Shown piece by piece: positions 11,216 through 22,011 of a stretch of 64,000 nt of DNA (position 1 is its first letter; each line of letters opens with the position of its first letter). Made by a program: the position numbers and the translations under genes. Origin of the DNA: an uncultured Actinomycetes bacterium (GTDB lineage Bacteria > Actinomycetota > Thermoleophilia > Gaiellales > JALYLC01); NCBI GenBank assembly GCA_963713435.1, contig CAVQLU010000003.1:524-64523 (forward strand), in the 5' to 3' direction. The notes under the pieces are model-generated. The model was given only the letters and a program-made list of their open reading frames with translations. It did not search any database and was not told the DNA's origin.

Positions 11216-11902
11216 TCACGCAGTGCGCCGGGTCCGGCGGCGAGGCACACGGATCTGACCTTCGGGACACAGATCGAGCAAGACGCACTCGGGACAGCGC
11301 GGCGCGCGCGCGGTGCAGACGGCGCGGCCGTGCCAGATCAGGAGGTGCGACCACTCGACCCAGGCCGGGCGGGGCACGATCTCCATCAGCTCCCGCTCGA
11401 CCTTCTCGGGGTCGCTCTCGGTCGTCAGGCCGAGCCTCCGCGTGAGGCGCCCCACGTGGGTGTCCACTGCGATCCCCTCACGGCGGCCGAACGCGTTGCC
11501 GCTCACGACGGCCGCGGTCTTGCGACCGACGCCGGGCAACTGCACGAGCTGGGCGGTGGTGCGCGGCACCTTGCCGTCGTGGCGCTCGAGCACCGCCAGC
11601 GCGGCGCCGCGCAGGGAGCGCGCCTTCTGGTTGTGGAAGCCCGTCTGGAAGATCGCCTTGGCGATCTCGCCCTCCTCCGCATCGGCGAACGCCTGCGGAT
11701 CGGGATAGCGGCGGAAGAGCTCCGGCGTGACCATGTTGACGCGCTCGTCGGTGCACTGCGCCGAGAGGATGGTCGCGACGAGCAGCTCCCACGGCGTCGT
11801 GAAGTCGAGCGAGCAGCGCGCATCGGGATAGGCGATGCGCAAGCGGCGCAGGATCGCCCGCACGCGGTTCTCGGGCGGCGACGAGGCGTTGAGACGGCTC
11901 AC
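11216..11902 (-). CDS. nth: Endonuclease III
   Basis: LLVATILSAQCTDERVN, HhH LPGVGRKTA, AVDTHV, C-x6-C-x2-C-x5-C Fe-S motif; GTGA overlap with addA stop. Confidence 0.95.
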   Translation of the reverse strand: MSRLNASSPPENRVRAILRRLRIAYPDARCSLDFTTPWELLVATILSAQCTDERVNMVTPELFRRYPDPQAFADAEEGEIAKAIFQTGFHNQKARSLRGAALAVLERHDGKVPRTTAQLVQLPGVGRKTAAVVSGNAFGRREGIAVDTHVGRLTRRLGLTTESDPEKVERELMEIVPRPAWVEWSHLLIWHGRAVCTARAPRCPECVLLDLCPEGQIRVPRRRTRRTA

Positions 11903-14900
11903 GCGGGCTCGGGCCTCCGCCAGCCGGGCGCCGGGCAGAGGCGGTCGAGCGCCGGGCAGGTCGAGCAGTGGTCGCCGGAGCGCGCGGCGAAGGCCGAAGC
12001 CCGCAGCCGCCCGATCGCGGCGCAGACGTCGCCCGCGAGCCGCTCGGCATCGTCCGTTTGGTAGACGCGCGCGACCGCTGCGTCCGGCCGCTCGAGGAAG
12101 CAGAACGCGATCTCGGCAGACGGAGCCCCGCTGCGCAGCGCGGCCAGCGCGTAGATCGTCCGCTGCAGCGAGTATTCGCTCTCGACGACCGCCTCCGGCT
12201 CCCTGCCCGCCAGCGCGGTGGTCTTGAGATCGGCCACGAGCAAGCCGCCCTCGGCGGTGCGAACGCAGAGGTCGAGCGAGCCGCGCAAGACCACGTCGTC
12301 CTCGCAGAACGCGAAGGGCAACTCGTGGCCGAGCGGGCCCTCGGCGCGCATGCGGGCCGCCAGAGGCGACCCCTCCCAGGCGTCCACGAGCGCCTGGACG
12401 ACCGCTCGGTCGCCGGGATCGAGTTCCGCGCACGCCTGCTCGACGCCGACGGCGACGGCTCGATGGAGCGCATCGCCGAGCAGCGCGCCCCGCAGCGGAC
12501 CCGCCAGGGTCAGGCGCGCGCCGCAGCCCGATCACGCGCTCTGCGTAGTACGCGAAGCCGCAGCGGTCGTGCAGCGCAAGTGTGCTGTACGAGAGCGCTC
12601 GTGGGACGTGCAGGGCGGCCTGCGGCAGCGGCACGAGCGGCGGCGGCAGCTCCAGCGCCGGCGCCACTGCGGCCGGCGGCGCATCGAACAGGCTGAGCTG
12701 CTCGTCGGGGGCGATCTCGACGGGCTCCTCGGGCTCCGCCGCGGGCGCCGGAGGCAACGCCAGAGACTCGGAGGTGTGCACGTGCACGCGCACCTCGGCG
12801 CCGGCGACCGCGACATCGGAGACCCCCGGCTCGAGCGCCGCCGCGACGACCCCGAACTGGCCGAGGACGCGCTGGAGCTCGCTGTTGCGCCTGCCGCCGA
12901 GCCAGCCGCCGAGCAGCAGCCGATCGCGCGCGCGCGTCCAGGCGACGTAGGCCACGCGATCGCCCTCGGCCTCGTCGGCCTCCTTCGCCGCGGCAGACAG
13001 CCGCGCGTAGACCGGCCCGCTCAGCGCCTTGCCTCGCGCGTCCCGCAGCCGCAATCCGAGCTCGCCGTCGCGGCCGACGGCCACCGGACCGCTCTCCCCG
13101 GGGTCTGCCGCGAGAGATCGGGGACGCACACCACCGCGAACTCGAGACCCTTGGCGGCATGGATCGTCATGAGCGCGACCGCCTCCTCGCCACCCCCGGG
13201 CGGGGCGTCGGCCTGGCTCAGGTCACGCTCGTCGCAGAGCCGCATCTGGTCGACGAAGCCGGCCAGGTCGGGTCCGTGATCGCGCTCGTACGCGCGTGCC
13301 GTCCGGATCAGCTTGCGCACGTTGCCGAAGCGGCGCTCGCCGTCGGGCGCCGTCAGGCAGGCGAGCTCGTAGTCGTGCTCGGAGACGACGCGCTCGAGCA
13401 GAGCCGCCAGTCCGAGCTCGGCACCCGCGCGCACCAGCCCGTCGTAGAGCTTCCTGAAGCGCTCCACGAGTGCACGATCACCCGCCGGGAGCCCCTCCAG
13501 CTGCCCGAGCTCGATCGGCCAGTAGAGCGCGGCCTGCGCGGCGGTGCGCAGGGCGGCGAGGCCGTCGTTGGAGACGCCCACGAGGGGCGAGGCCAGCACC
13601 ACGAGCAGGGCGTGGTCATCGAAGCGGTTGCGCAGCAGGGCCAGATAGGCGCACAGGTCGCGCACCTGCTGTGAGCGGTAGAAGCCGCGGCCGAGCTGAC
13701 TGTGCGCCGCCAGCCCGACGCGCTCGAGGGCAGCGGCAGTAGATCGACGCATCGCGCGAGGAACGCAGCAGGATGGCGATCTCGCTCGCGCCGACCTCAC
13801 CGCTGTCGACGAGGTCGCGCAGCCGGCCGGCCAGTGCCTGGGCCTCGAGCTCGCGCGCGGACGCAGTGCGCATCGTCTCATCACCGCTCGCGACCAGGTG
13901 CAGCTCGACGGCCGGCCCCTCGAGCGGGCCGACCGTGCGCAGCGCGTGCGGCGGGTCGAAATCGCGTTCGTCGAAGCGCTCGGAGAAGACGTGCCCGATG
14001 ACCTCGAGCAACTCGGGTCGCGCCCGGTAGCTCCCCGTGAGCGGCAGGCGCGACGCAGCGCGCTCGCCACGCGCGCGGAACAGCTCGACATCCGCATAGC
14101 GGAAGCGGTAGATGGACTGGCAGGCGTCGCCGACGAACACGCGCTGGCAGCCCGGGCCGACGAGAGCATCCAGCAGCCGGCACTGCAGGCCGTTCGTGTC
14201 CTGGAACTCGTCGACCAGCACGAGATCGAAGCGCTCGCGCACCTCCGCGCCGATCGCGTCCCGTTCGAGCAGCTCGCAGGCGCGCTCCTGGAGATCGTCG
14301 AAATCGAGCGCGAGCTCGGCCTCCTTGCGCGCCCGGTATGCCTCGCGGTAGCGCTCCAGCAGGCCGGCCACCGCCAGGCCCACCTCGTGCTCGAGGCGCG
14401 CGCTCGCTTCTTCCTGTGCTGCGGCCAGCAGGTCGCTCACGGCGGCGGCGGCCTCTCCCTTCGGTGCGACGAGCGCGAGCAGCTCGCGATCGCTGGGCTC
14501 CCCGGCCAGCAGCGCCTCGATCCGCCCGAGGCGGCGGAGGTCGCTGACGGCCTGCGGGCGCGCATCGCCCGCGAGCGCCGCGACGGCGCTCGCGGTCGCC
14601 TCTCGCAGCGGTGCGACGCAGCCCCGGCCCGGGATGCGCCGGGGGCAGCAGCGGGGCGGGAGCCCCGGCGGCGCGCAGGCGCGCATCCAGACTGCGAATG
14701 AGGACGCGCGAGCCGGCCACGCCGTATTCGCCGAGCAGGTCGAGCAACGCGGACGGCCCGTCGCGGCGCTCGCGCGCGATCGCATCGGCGAAGGCCGCCT
14801 CCGAGAGCACCAGCGCCTCGGCCTCGTCCAGCACCCGCACCTCGGCCGGCAGCCCCGCCTCGGCGGCGTACTCGCGCAGTAGGCGCGAGGCCAGCGCGTG

Positions 14901-15170
14901 AATCGTGCCGACCTGCGGACGTGCGACATCCGCGCCGGCCGGGAGGGCGCGCTCGAGGCGCACAGCCAGCTCGCGCGCGGCGGCCTCGGTGTAGGTCACG
15001 ACGAGCACGCGCTCGGGGGCCGTGCCGGCCGCGAGTGCGGCTCGCACGCGCTCGATCACGAGGGTCGTCTTGCCGGTGCCCGCACCGGCCGCCACGACGA
15101 TCTCCCCGCGGGCCTCGACGGCTGCCGTCTGCTGCTCGCTGAGCACCGGTTGCACGAGTTGCGCGCTCAC
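11899..15170 (-). CDS. addA: AddA-like UvrD helicase with C-terminal PD-(D/E)XK nuclease (several frameshifts)
   Basis: AAGAGTGKTT, VTYTEAAA, LVDEFQDTN, VGDACQSIYRFR, MTIHAAKGLEF, YVAWTRARD, GSLDL..VADLKT. Confidence 0.88.
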
Positions 15171-18050
15171 GGGTTCGCCACCCGGCAGACGCCGTGCCAG
15201 CGACACCAGGGCGGGCACTCGCCGCCCGGCGGGTCGTGCTCGACGTCCCCCGCCTGCATGCGCCCGGCGTACTCGCCGGCACGCTCTGCTGCCTCGTCGA
15301 GCAGGCTCTCGAACAGCTCGGGCTCCACGTAGTCGCGCCCCGCGAAGCCCTCCAGCGCCCCGGCCTCGCGCACGTCCTCGCGCAGCAGCCCGCGCGGGGC
15401 CTCGTCGCCCCTGACCGACTGGTAGAGACCCCCGACGACATCGCGGCCGAGCAGCTCCGCCGCTGCCCGGATGTAGAGCGGCATCTGCAGCCGCCCGCGT
15501 TCGAGCACGTTCGGGCCGAGCGCCCCCACCGCGCCCGACTTGTAGTCCCAGATGAGCGCCTCGGCAACCCATTCGCGCTCGTCCACGCGGTCGATGCGGC
15601 CCGTGATGGCGACATCGCCGACGCGCACTCCCGTCTTCGGGAGGGAGATCTCGAAGTGCCGCGGCACGAACTCATCGAGCCTCTCGGCCTCGCCGCGCAC
15701 CACCGTGCGCAGATTTCGCCGTAGCTCGCGCCGCAGCGCCTCCCAGGCCACGTCGTCGTCCTCGTAGGCCTGGATCGCGATGGCCTCGTCGATGCAGCGG
15801 TCGAGCAGGCTGAAGGCCGCCGGCAGATGCTCGGGACGCAGCCGGGACACGCGCAGCTCCGACGGGACGCCGTTGAAGAAGAGCCGCAAGGCGTTGTGCA
15901 TGACGCTGCCGCTGATGCGCGCGTCGAGCGGCTGCTCGACGTCGCGCGGATGCAGCTGCCGCTCGACGAACCAGAGCGCCGAGCAGGTCTGGAACGTCTC
16001 CAGCTCGGTCACCGAGTAGGTCGGCTGACCCGCCAGGCGCGCGAGCACCTGGGCGTCCCGCAGGCGAGTCGGCCGCGTCCACGCCGCCAGCGCGCGCTCG
16101 ACGCGGGCGACTGCCCGTCCGCCGTGCGCGTGAGCCCGCGTCAGGGCGGCCGGAGCATCATGGCGCGCGAGCGCGGCGATCGCCTGCAAACGCTCGCGCT
16201 CGTCGTGGCCGTCGAGGGCGTGCGCAGGCGCCGTGCGGGGTGGCTGCGCGGCGTCGCCCAGCACGCGCACGACCTCGTCCCAGAACGGCGAGGGCGCGAG
16301 CTCGAGGCCGTCGTCGTCGGTCGCGCGACGCACGAGCGCGAGGCTCTCGTCGACGCGGGCGAGCGCCGCTGCGAAGAGGAAGCGATCGCGCTCCTCCTGC
16401 CGGGGGCGATCGCCCGGGAGCCCGGGCGGGGTCAGCGCGCGCCGCAGATCGGCCGAGCCGGCGGCCTCCGCCGCCTCGCGCCGCGGCAGCACGCCCGCCT
16501 CGAGCCCGCACAGGACGAGCGCGCGGACCGGCGCAAGCCGGGCCAGGCCGATGCGCACGATGCGCACGCGACCCCGCGGCAGCCCGTCGCCGAGCCGCAC
16601 CTGCACGGCGTCGAGCGCGATCAGCACGTCGTCGCCGCCGGCTCCCGGCAGCGCTGCGGACAGCTCCTCGGCGGTCTCCGAAGCGGCCGCCAGCGCGCGG
16701 CGCGCTGCGACGCCGCTGCGCGTCTCGGCCGGCACGGGCGCCTCCCCGTAGGCACGCGCGAGGGCAGCGGCTGCCACATCGCGCAGCGCGGCGGCCGCAT
16801 CGCTCGCGGCGCGCAGCGCCGTCAACTCCGGGACGGGTCGCGGCGGATCGCCCGCCAGCAGGTCGCGCTCGCTGCGCTTCGCGTCGGCGATGTTGCGGCC
16901 TCGCAGCTTCGCCTCCGACTCGTGCGCCCGGGACGCCGCCCAGCTGGAGCCCGCGAGACGCAGCCAGGCGAAGAGGTCGTCGCGGTCGCCATCGGCCCAG
17001 GCCACGCGGCAGAGCGCGCGCAGCGCATGCCCCGCCGGCAGGTTCGTGAGGCGCTCGCTCGTATCGAGGGCGACATCGACCCCGGCGCGCTCGAGCGCCG
17101 CCGCAAGGGGTTCGCAGTCGTATCCGTCGGGCGTCACCACCAGCACCTCGTCGGCCGCGCAGCCGAGCCGCAGAAAGCGGCACACCTCGGCCGCGACGGC
17201 GCTCGCCTCGCCGTCCGTGCCGCCCGCCTCCACCAGGCGCACGGCACCGTCCGGGGGTGGCGGGGCCTCCGCGCGGGGCGAGAAGGCGCCGCGCGCGAGC
17301 GCGACGATGCTCTCGGGCGCTCCGTAGGCCGCGGCCCGCACCTCGACGACGCGCTCGGCGCGCGCGGCCAGCCACTCGAAGGCGACCCCGAGCGATCCGA
17401 GCAGCGGCCGCCCGGGCTCGTACGGAAGTGCCAGCAGGAGCTCGCAGCGGCCCGAGAGCGCCGCCAGCAGGCGGAGCTGCGCCGCCGAGAGGTCGTCGAA
17501 GCCGTACGCGAACACGGGCTCGCCGCCCCAGGCGGCGAGCTCGCGCTCGAGCCGTTCGGCCGCGCGCACGGCGAGCTGACCGCGACGCGCGCGGCCAGTC
17601 GCCGCGAGCGCTTCCTCGTAGGCGGCGTAGGCCGGTGCCAGTCGAGCCTCGCCGCCGAGCGCCCGCTCGAGCCCGGCGGGCGCCGCTCCGGCACGGTCGC
17701 ACTCGCGCGCGAGTCGCTCGAGCGCCGAGGCGAGCGCCACCGGGCCGCAACCCGAGCGCGGCTCCGTGCGTGTGCCCGACCCGGCGGCGGAGCACGCGGT
17801 CGAGCGCTTCCGAGGCGACCGCGACCTCGCCGCCGAGCACGCGCTCGATCAGCCCGTCGAGCGTGACGACCTCGCCGCCCAGCACCGCGCCGGCGCGCCC
17901 GCAGGCATCGCGCTCGAGCGCATCGCGCTCGTAGGCCGCCGGCACGAGCAGCAACGGCCGCCGCCCTGCCTCGCAGGCCGCAGCGAAGCGATCGAGCAGA
18001 ACCCCGAGCTTGCCCGAGCGCACCGGCCCGACGACGAGCTCGAGCGTCAT
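15167..18050 (-). CDS. addB: AddB-like helicase-like/nuclease subunit (frameshift ~17745)
   Basis: N-terminal GPVRSGK, YGFDDLS, C-terminal GRIDRVD..WDYKSG, LQMPLY, Cys cluster CPPWCRWHGVC. Confidence 0.85.
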
Positions 18051-18066
18051 GGCGCGCTCGCGGGAA

Positions 18067-18369
18067 TCAGCCGGCGAGCTGCGGCGGCGGGCTGTCCTCG
18101 ATCTGCTTCGCGACCGCCGCGTTGACCGCGTCGATGCCGTCCGAGTACAGATAGTTGATGCGGATGAACGGCTCCCACTTGTCCGGCACCGCGTCCTCGG
18201 GGTAGATCGCCTCGACGGGGCATTCGGGCTCGCAGGCTCCGCAGTCGATGCATTCCTCGGCATCGATCACGAGCATCCGGTCGGTCTCGTGAATGCAGTC
18301 GACCGGGCACACGTCGATACACGACTTGTCCTTCAGATCGATGCACGGCTCGGTGATGATGTAGGTCAT
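18067..18369 (-). CDS. fdxA: 7Fe (3Fe-4S/4Fe-4S) ferredoxin
   Basis: MTYIITEPCIDLKDKSCIDVCPVDC...CIDCGACEPECPVEAI. Confidence 0.93.
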   Translation of the reverse strand: MTYIITEPCIDLKDKSCIDVCPVDCIHETDRMLVIDAEECIDCGACEPECPVEAIYPEDAVPDKWEPFIRINYLYSDGIDAVNAAVAKQIEDSPPPQLAG

Positions 18370-18402
18370 CGGGGCTCCGGTCGGGGGTCGCTCGCCGATA
18401 CC

Positions 18403-18720
18403 CTAGATCATCAGGTCATCGACCAGCGCCGCGCACTTATCGGCGATCGCCGAGCGCGCCACGACCTTGTCGAAACCGGCGCGGCGCGCCGCCCGGAGCG
18501 CGTCCGGCTGCTCGTGAGAGCCGAACCCGAGCAGCTTCGCCGGACGCAGCTCGGCGACCGCCTCGGCAGGCTCCACGCGCTCCACGTCGCAGATGCAGAC
18601 GTCCGCGCCGGCCTCGAGACCCGAGCGCGCGCGCTGCACGCTGTGGCCGAGCGGCGTGAGCTGCGTGTCGATGCGGCTGAAGATCATGAGGTCGGCCCCG
18701 TGCACGTGGATGACCGCCAT
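18403..18720 (-). CDS. Small receiver-like (CheY-fold) hypothetical protein
   Basis: ADLMIFSRI, LLGFGSH, ARRAGFDKVVARS; TACCCT 7 nt before ATG. Confidence 0.5.
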   Translation of the reverse strand: MAVIHVHGADLMIFSRIDTQLTPLGHSVQRARSGLEAGADVCICDVERVEPAEAVAELRPAKLLGFGSHEQPDALRAARRAGFDKVVARSAIADKCAALVDDLMI

Positions 18721-18735
18721 GCGCCTGAGGGTAGC

Positions 18736-19455
18736 TCAGGTCGTGAGACCGTCCAGCCCCAGCGTGCGCAGGATCCGGCTGACGGCCACCGAGAGCCACC
18801 AGGTGCGATCGAAGAAGACCAGCAGTCCGAGGATCACGAGCACGATGCCCGAGAAGACGCGGATGACCGCGTAGCGGTCGCGCAGGAAGGCGGCAGCGCC
18901 GAGCGTGCGGTCGAACGCGACGGCGGTCGCAATCAGCGGCAGCGCGAGACCGGCGGCGTAGGCGCCCAGCAGCAGCGCCGCCGAAAGCACCCCGCCGCGT
19001 GCCGAGGCGAGCGCCAGCACCGCAGCCAGCACCGGCCCGACGCAGGGCGTCCAGCTGAGCGCGAAGACGCCGCCCAGGAGCAGCGCCGAGGGTGGTCGGC
19101 TGCGGCTTCCGGCCAGCCCGGGCAGCGACGGGAGGGGCAGCACGCCCGCCAGCGCCAGGCCCATGGCGACCACGATGATCCCGGCGGCCTGCGCGACCTG
19201 CCCCCGCCAGTCGTCGAGCGCCGACCCGGCCGCCCCCACGAGCGCGCCGAAGAACACGAAGACCGCGCCGAATCCGAGGATGAACGGCGCGACGCCGCGC
19301 AGCGTCTGCGCCAGCCCCCGCCGCTCGCGCAGATCGTCGACGGACACGCCGCCTCCCACCGCCGCCAGATAGGCAGGCACCAGCGGCAGGACGCACGGCG
19401 TGGCGAAGGAGAGCACGCCCGCGCCGAACGCGGCTGCCAGCGTCGCCGAGCTCAC
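18736..19455 (-). CDS. ccdA: Cytochrome c biogenesis protein CcdA
   Basis: GVLSFATPCVLPLVPAYL and WTPCVGPVL; about six TM helices. Confidence 0.92.
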   Translation of the reverse strand: MSSATLAAAFGAGVLSFATPCVLPLVPAYLAAVGGGVSVDDLRERRGLAQTLRGVAPFILGFGAVFVFFGALVGAAGSALDDWRGQVAQAAGIIVVAMGLALAGVLPLPSLPGLAGSRSRPPSALLLGGVFALSWTPCVGPVLAAVLALASARGGVLSAALLLGAYAAGLALPLIATAVAFDRTLGAAAFLRDRYAVIRVFSGIVLVILGLLVFFDRTWWLSVAVSRILRTLGLDGLTT

Positions 19456-19937
19456 TCGAGCCGCGCGAGCTCGTCGTCGAGTTGCCGCTCGAGCCGGTCG
19501 CGATCGGCGTCTGCGAGCGCAGTCGGCGGGGCGTCGGTGCTCCGCCAGCGACGCGCCACCAGCACCGCCAGTCCGGCGCCCGCCAGCACGAGCACGGTGG
19601 GCGCCAGCCAGGCGAGCGCGCCGAAGCCCGTGCGCGGCGTGTCGGCCAGCACCTCCGAGCCGTACTCCGACTCCAGCGTGCGCTTGGCCTCCGTGCGGCT
19701 CTCGCCGCGCGCGCGCAGGCGCCCCAACTCGCGCCGGATCTGGTTCGCCTGCGGCGAGCTCGACTGATCGAGACGCGTCTTGCAGGTCGGGCACATGAGC
19801 TCGGTGGAGAGCTGCGCGATCGTCCAGCCGTGCTCGGGGGCGGCACCCGGCCGGAACGCGCCGAGCGCGCCCGCGATCAGCGCCGCAGCCGCCAGCAGCG
19901 CGACGACGGCGAGCACCGGCGCGGTCAGGCGCCTCAC
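19452..19937 (-). CDS. ccmH: CcmH-like cytochrome c maturation protein
   Basis: ELMCPTC..LDQSSS..A, YGSEVL..P, WLAP plus TM helix. Confidence 0.85.
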   Translation of the reverse strand: MRRLTAPVLAVVALLAAAALIAGALGAFRPGAAPEHGWTIAQLSTELMCPTCKTRLDQSSSPQANQIRRELGRLRARGESRTEAKRTLESEYGSEVLADTPRTGFGALAWLAPTVLVLAGAGLAVLVARRWRSTDAPPTALADADRDRLERQLDDELARLE

Positions 19938-20842
19938 GGTGCCTCGGCCCGCGCGACGGCGCGCCGGACGGCGGCCGCGGTGGGCGCGCCGCTGAGGGCC
20001 GCCACGAGGCGTCCGCGCCGGTCGATCGCGAGCAGCGACGGGAACGACGTCACGCCGAGTGCACGCTGTGCCTGCCCGCCGCCGCGCCCGCTCGCGTCCG
20101 CCGGATCCGCCTCGGCACCCGTGACCGCACCGCCCTCCGAGAGCGCGATCAGGCGCACCTTGCCGCGCAGCGCCCCGGCGCGGCGCAGCAGGCTCGCGCA
20201 ATCCGCGCAGTCCGGAGTCACGAAGGCTACGAGCGCCGGAGAGCCGCGCAGCGCGGAGATCGCCGTGCCCCCCACCTTCACATCCGGATCGAGCGGCGCC
20301 GCGCGGCCGCTGCGCGCCACCGCGATGCGCACGTAGGGCTCGAGCAGCGGCGAGTCGACGGGGCCCTCGATGCGCACGACCGCACGCCCCGAGCCGTCCA
20401 GCACGTAGGTCTCCGGCGGCCCGGTGACCCCGAACTTCTGGCGCACGCCGCGCGTGTCGTGCACGAGCGCGTAGGGCACGTCGTGGCGCCGCGCGAAGGC
20501 CCGCGCCTCGTCGACCGCATCGTTGAAGTCGACGCCGACGAAGCGCACCCCGAGCCCGTCGTAGCGCACGGACAGGGCGTTCAGGTCGGGCGCCTCGTCG
20601 GCGCACGGCGGGCACCACGAGGCCCAGAAGTTGAGCACCGCCGGATGTCCGGCGAGGCCCTGCAGCGAGATCGAGCCGTCGCCGTCGAGGCGCGGCAGGT
20701 CGAAGGCCGGCGCCTGCGGCGCGTCACCGGCGCGCAGCGCGTCGCGGAAGGCGTTGTCGTCGCGATGCGCGAGCTGCCAGGCGAACAGCCCGACGAGGGC
20801 GGCCAGAAGCGCGATCGCACCGGCTGAAAGCGCGCGTCTCAC
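19934..20842 (-). CDS. TlpA/ResA thiol-disulfide oxidoreductase with second thioredoxin domain
   Basis: N-terminal TM, LNFWASWCPPC, GPPETY; second domain TPDCADC and FPSLLAIDRRG. Confidence 0.85.
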   Translation of the reverse strand: MRRALSAGAIALLAALVGLFAWQLAHRDDNAFRDALRAGDAPQAPAFDLPRLDGDGSISLQGLAGHPAVLNFWASWCPPCADEAPDLNALSVRYDGLGVRFVGVDFNDAVDEARAFARRHDVPYALVHDTRGVRQKFGVTGPPETYVLDGSGRAVVRIEGPVDSPLLEPYVRIAVARSGRAAPLDPDVKVGGTAISALRGSPALVAFVTPDCADCASLLRRAGALRGKVRLIALSEGGAVTGAEADPADASGRGGGQAQRALGVTSFPSLLAIDRRGRLVAALSGAPTAAAVRRAVARAEAP

Positions 20843-20952
20843 ACGACGGATGATCGGTCATCCGGGCCGCGCATGTGCCCGCCAGGCCCAGAAGCCCAAC
20901 CGCTCCAGACGCCACGCCCATTCAGTCAGAGCTTCTGTAGTGAGCCCGCGTG

Positions 20953-21953
20953 CTAGTGAATGATCCACACGGGGCTGCCGACGCGCACGTGCACGAACAG
21001 CCACTCGGCGTCCGGGATGCGCATGCGGATGCAGCCGTGCGACGCGCTGTAGCCGATCGAGGCGGCGTCGGGCGTGCCGTGCAGGCCGACGCCGGGCGCC
21101 GAGATGCCCATCCAGCGCGTGCCGAGCGGGTTGCCCGGCCCCGGCGGCACGGGCTTCTCCCCCGCTGCCCAGGCCGAGTTCGGCGGGTACCACCACGGAT
21201 TGAGCTGCTTCTCGACGATCTCGAAGGCGCCGGTCGGCGTCGGGTACTGCGACTGCCCGACGGCCACGTCGAGCATGCGCACCTTCTCGCCTCGCTTGGA
21301 GTAGAGCGAGACGCGGTGCAGCGTGCGGTCGACCACGAGCGCCGGCGGCAGCGAGCGCACGGTCACCGTCGGGCACGACGACCTTCGTCGGCAGCGTGAC
21401 CGGCCCGCGATCGGGCTGCTTCAGGGCTGCGGCGACGAGCGCCGTGGCGGCGAGCACGTCGAGACGGCGACCCCACTGGTCGGGCACGACGTGCGGAACG
21501 CTCTTGACCAGCTCGAAGCGGGCATCGGTCGGATCGGTGCGCACCTGCGGGGCGAGCGAGCGAATCCAGTTGCGCAAGCGCGTTGCCGGAGATGCGCGTC
21601 ACGACCGGGATGTCCGTGCCGGGCACGACGGCCGCGGTGCGGCCCGCTGCGAGCGCTGACCTTGCAGCGGCCGGTCGATGTAGGCGTGCAGCCCGAGCTG
21701 CGACGCCGAGGCAGTCCACTGCTGGTCGCCGAGCTTGACGGTGATCGTGCCGAGCACGCTCTGGCTGATCCAGGGCGCGGCCTGCGCGGCCGTCATGCCG
21801 CCGACGGCGACGCCGCCGACGCTCACGCCCGGGCGCGATGACGCCGTCGGGAACGGCGGCCGTACCGTCATCGGAAGCGGCGTAGGCTGCACCCAGCGGC
21901 ACGCCGAGAGCGAGCACCGCGGCGACGACGAGAAAGCGGCGCGACCAGAGCAT
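20953..21953 (-). CDS. L,D-transpeptidase (YkuD) with N-terminal PG-binding-like region (frameshifted)
   Basis: VAVG..YPTPTG, NPLGTRWM, GLHGT..SIGYSASHGCIRM; signal peptide at 21953. Confidence 0.85.
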
Positions 21954-22011
21954 CCGGGCAGTGTTGCATGTTCGGCCGGTGCGCACACGTAGAAGTTCAG
22001 CTACTACATCA

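Noticed and set aside
11899..12600. Cas4-like nuclease as a CRISPR or casposon component
   Set aside because: It is the frameshift-separated C-terminal domain of AddA.
1..22000. Many frameshifts (dinG, PAP2, DUF1800, DUF1501, addAB, ldt) suggesting pseudogenes or programmed frameshifting
   Set aside because: Indels cluster towards the window start, hit unrelated conserved genes, and come without in-frame stops or slippery motifs. Sequencing or assembly error is more likely; read mapping would decide.
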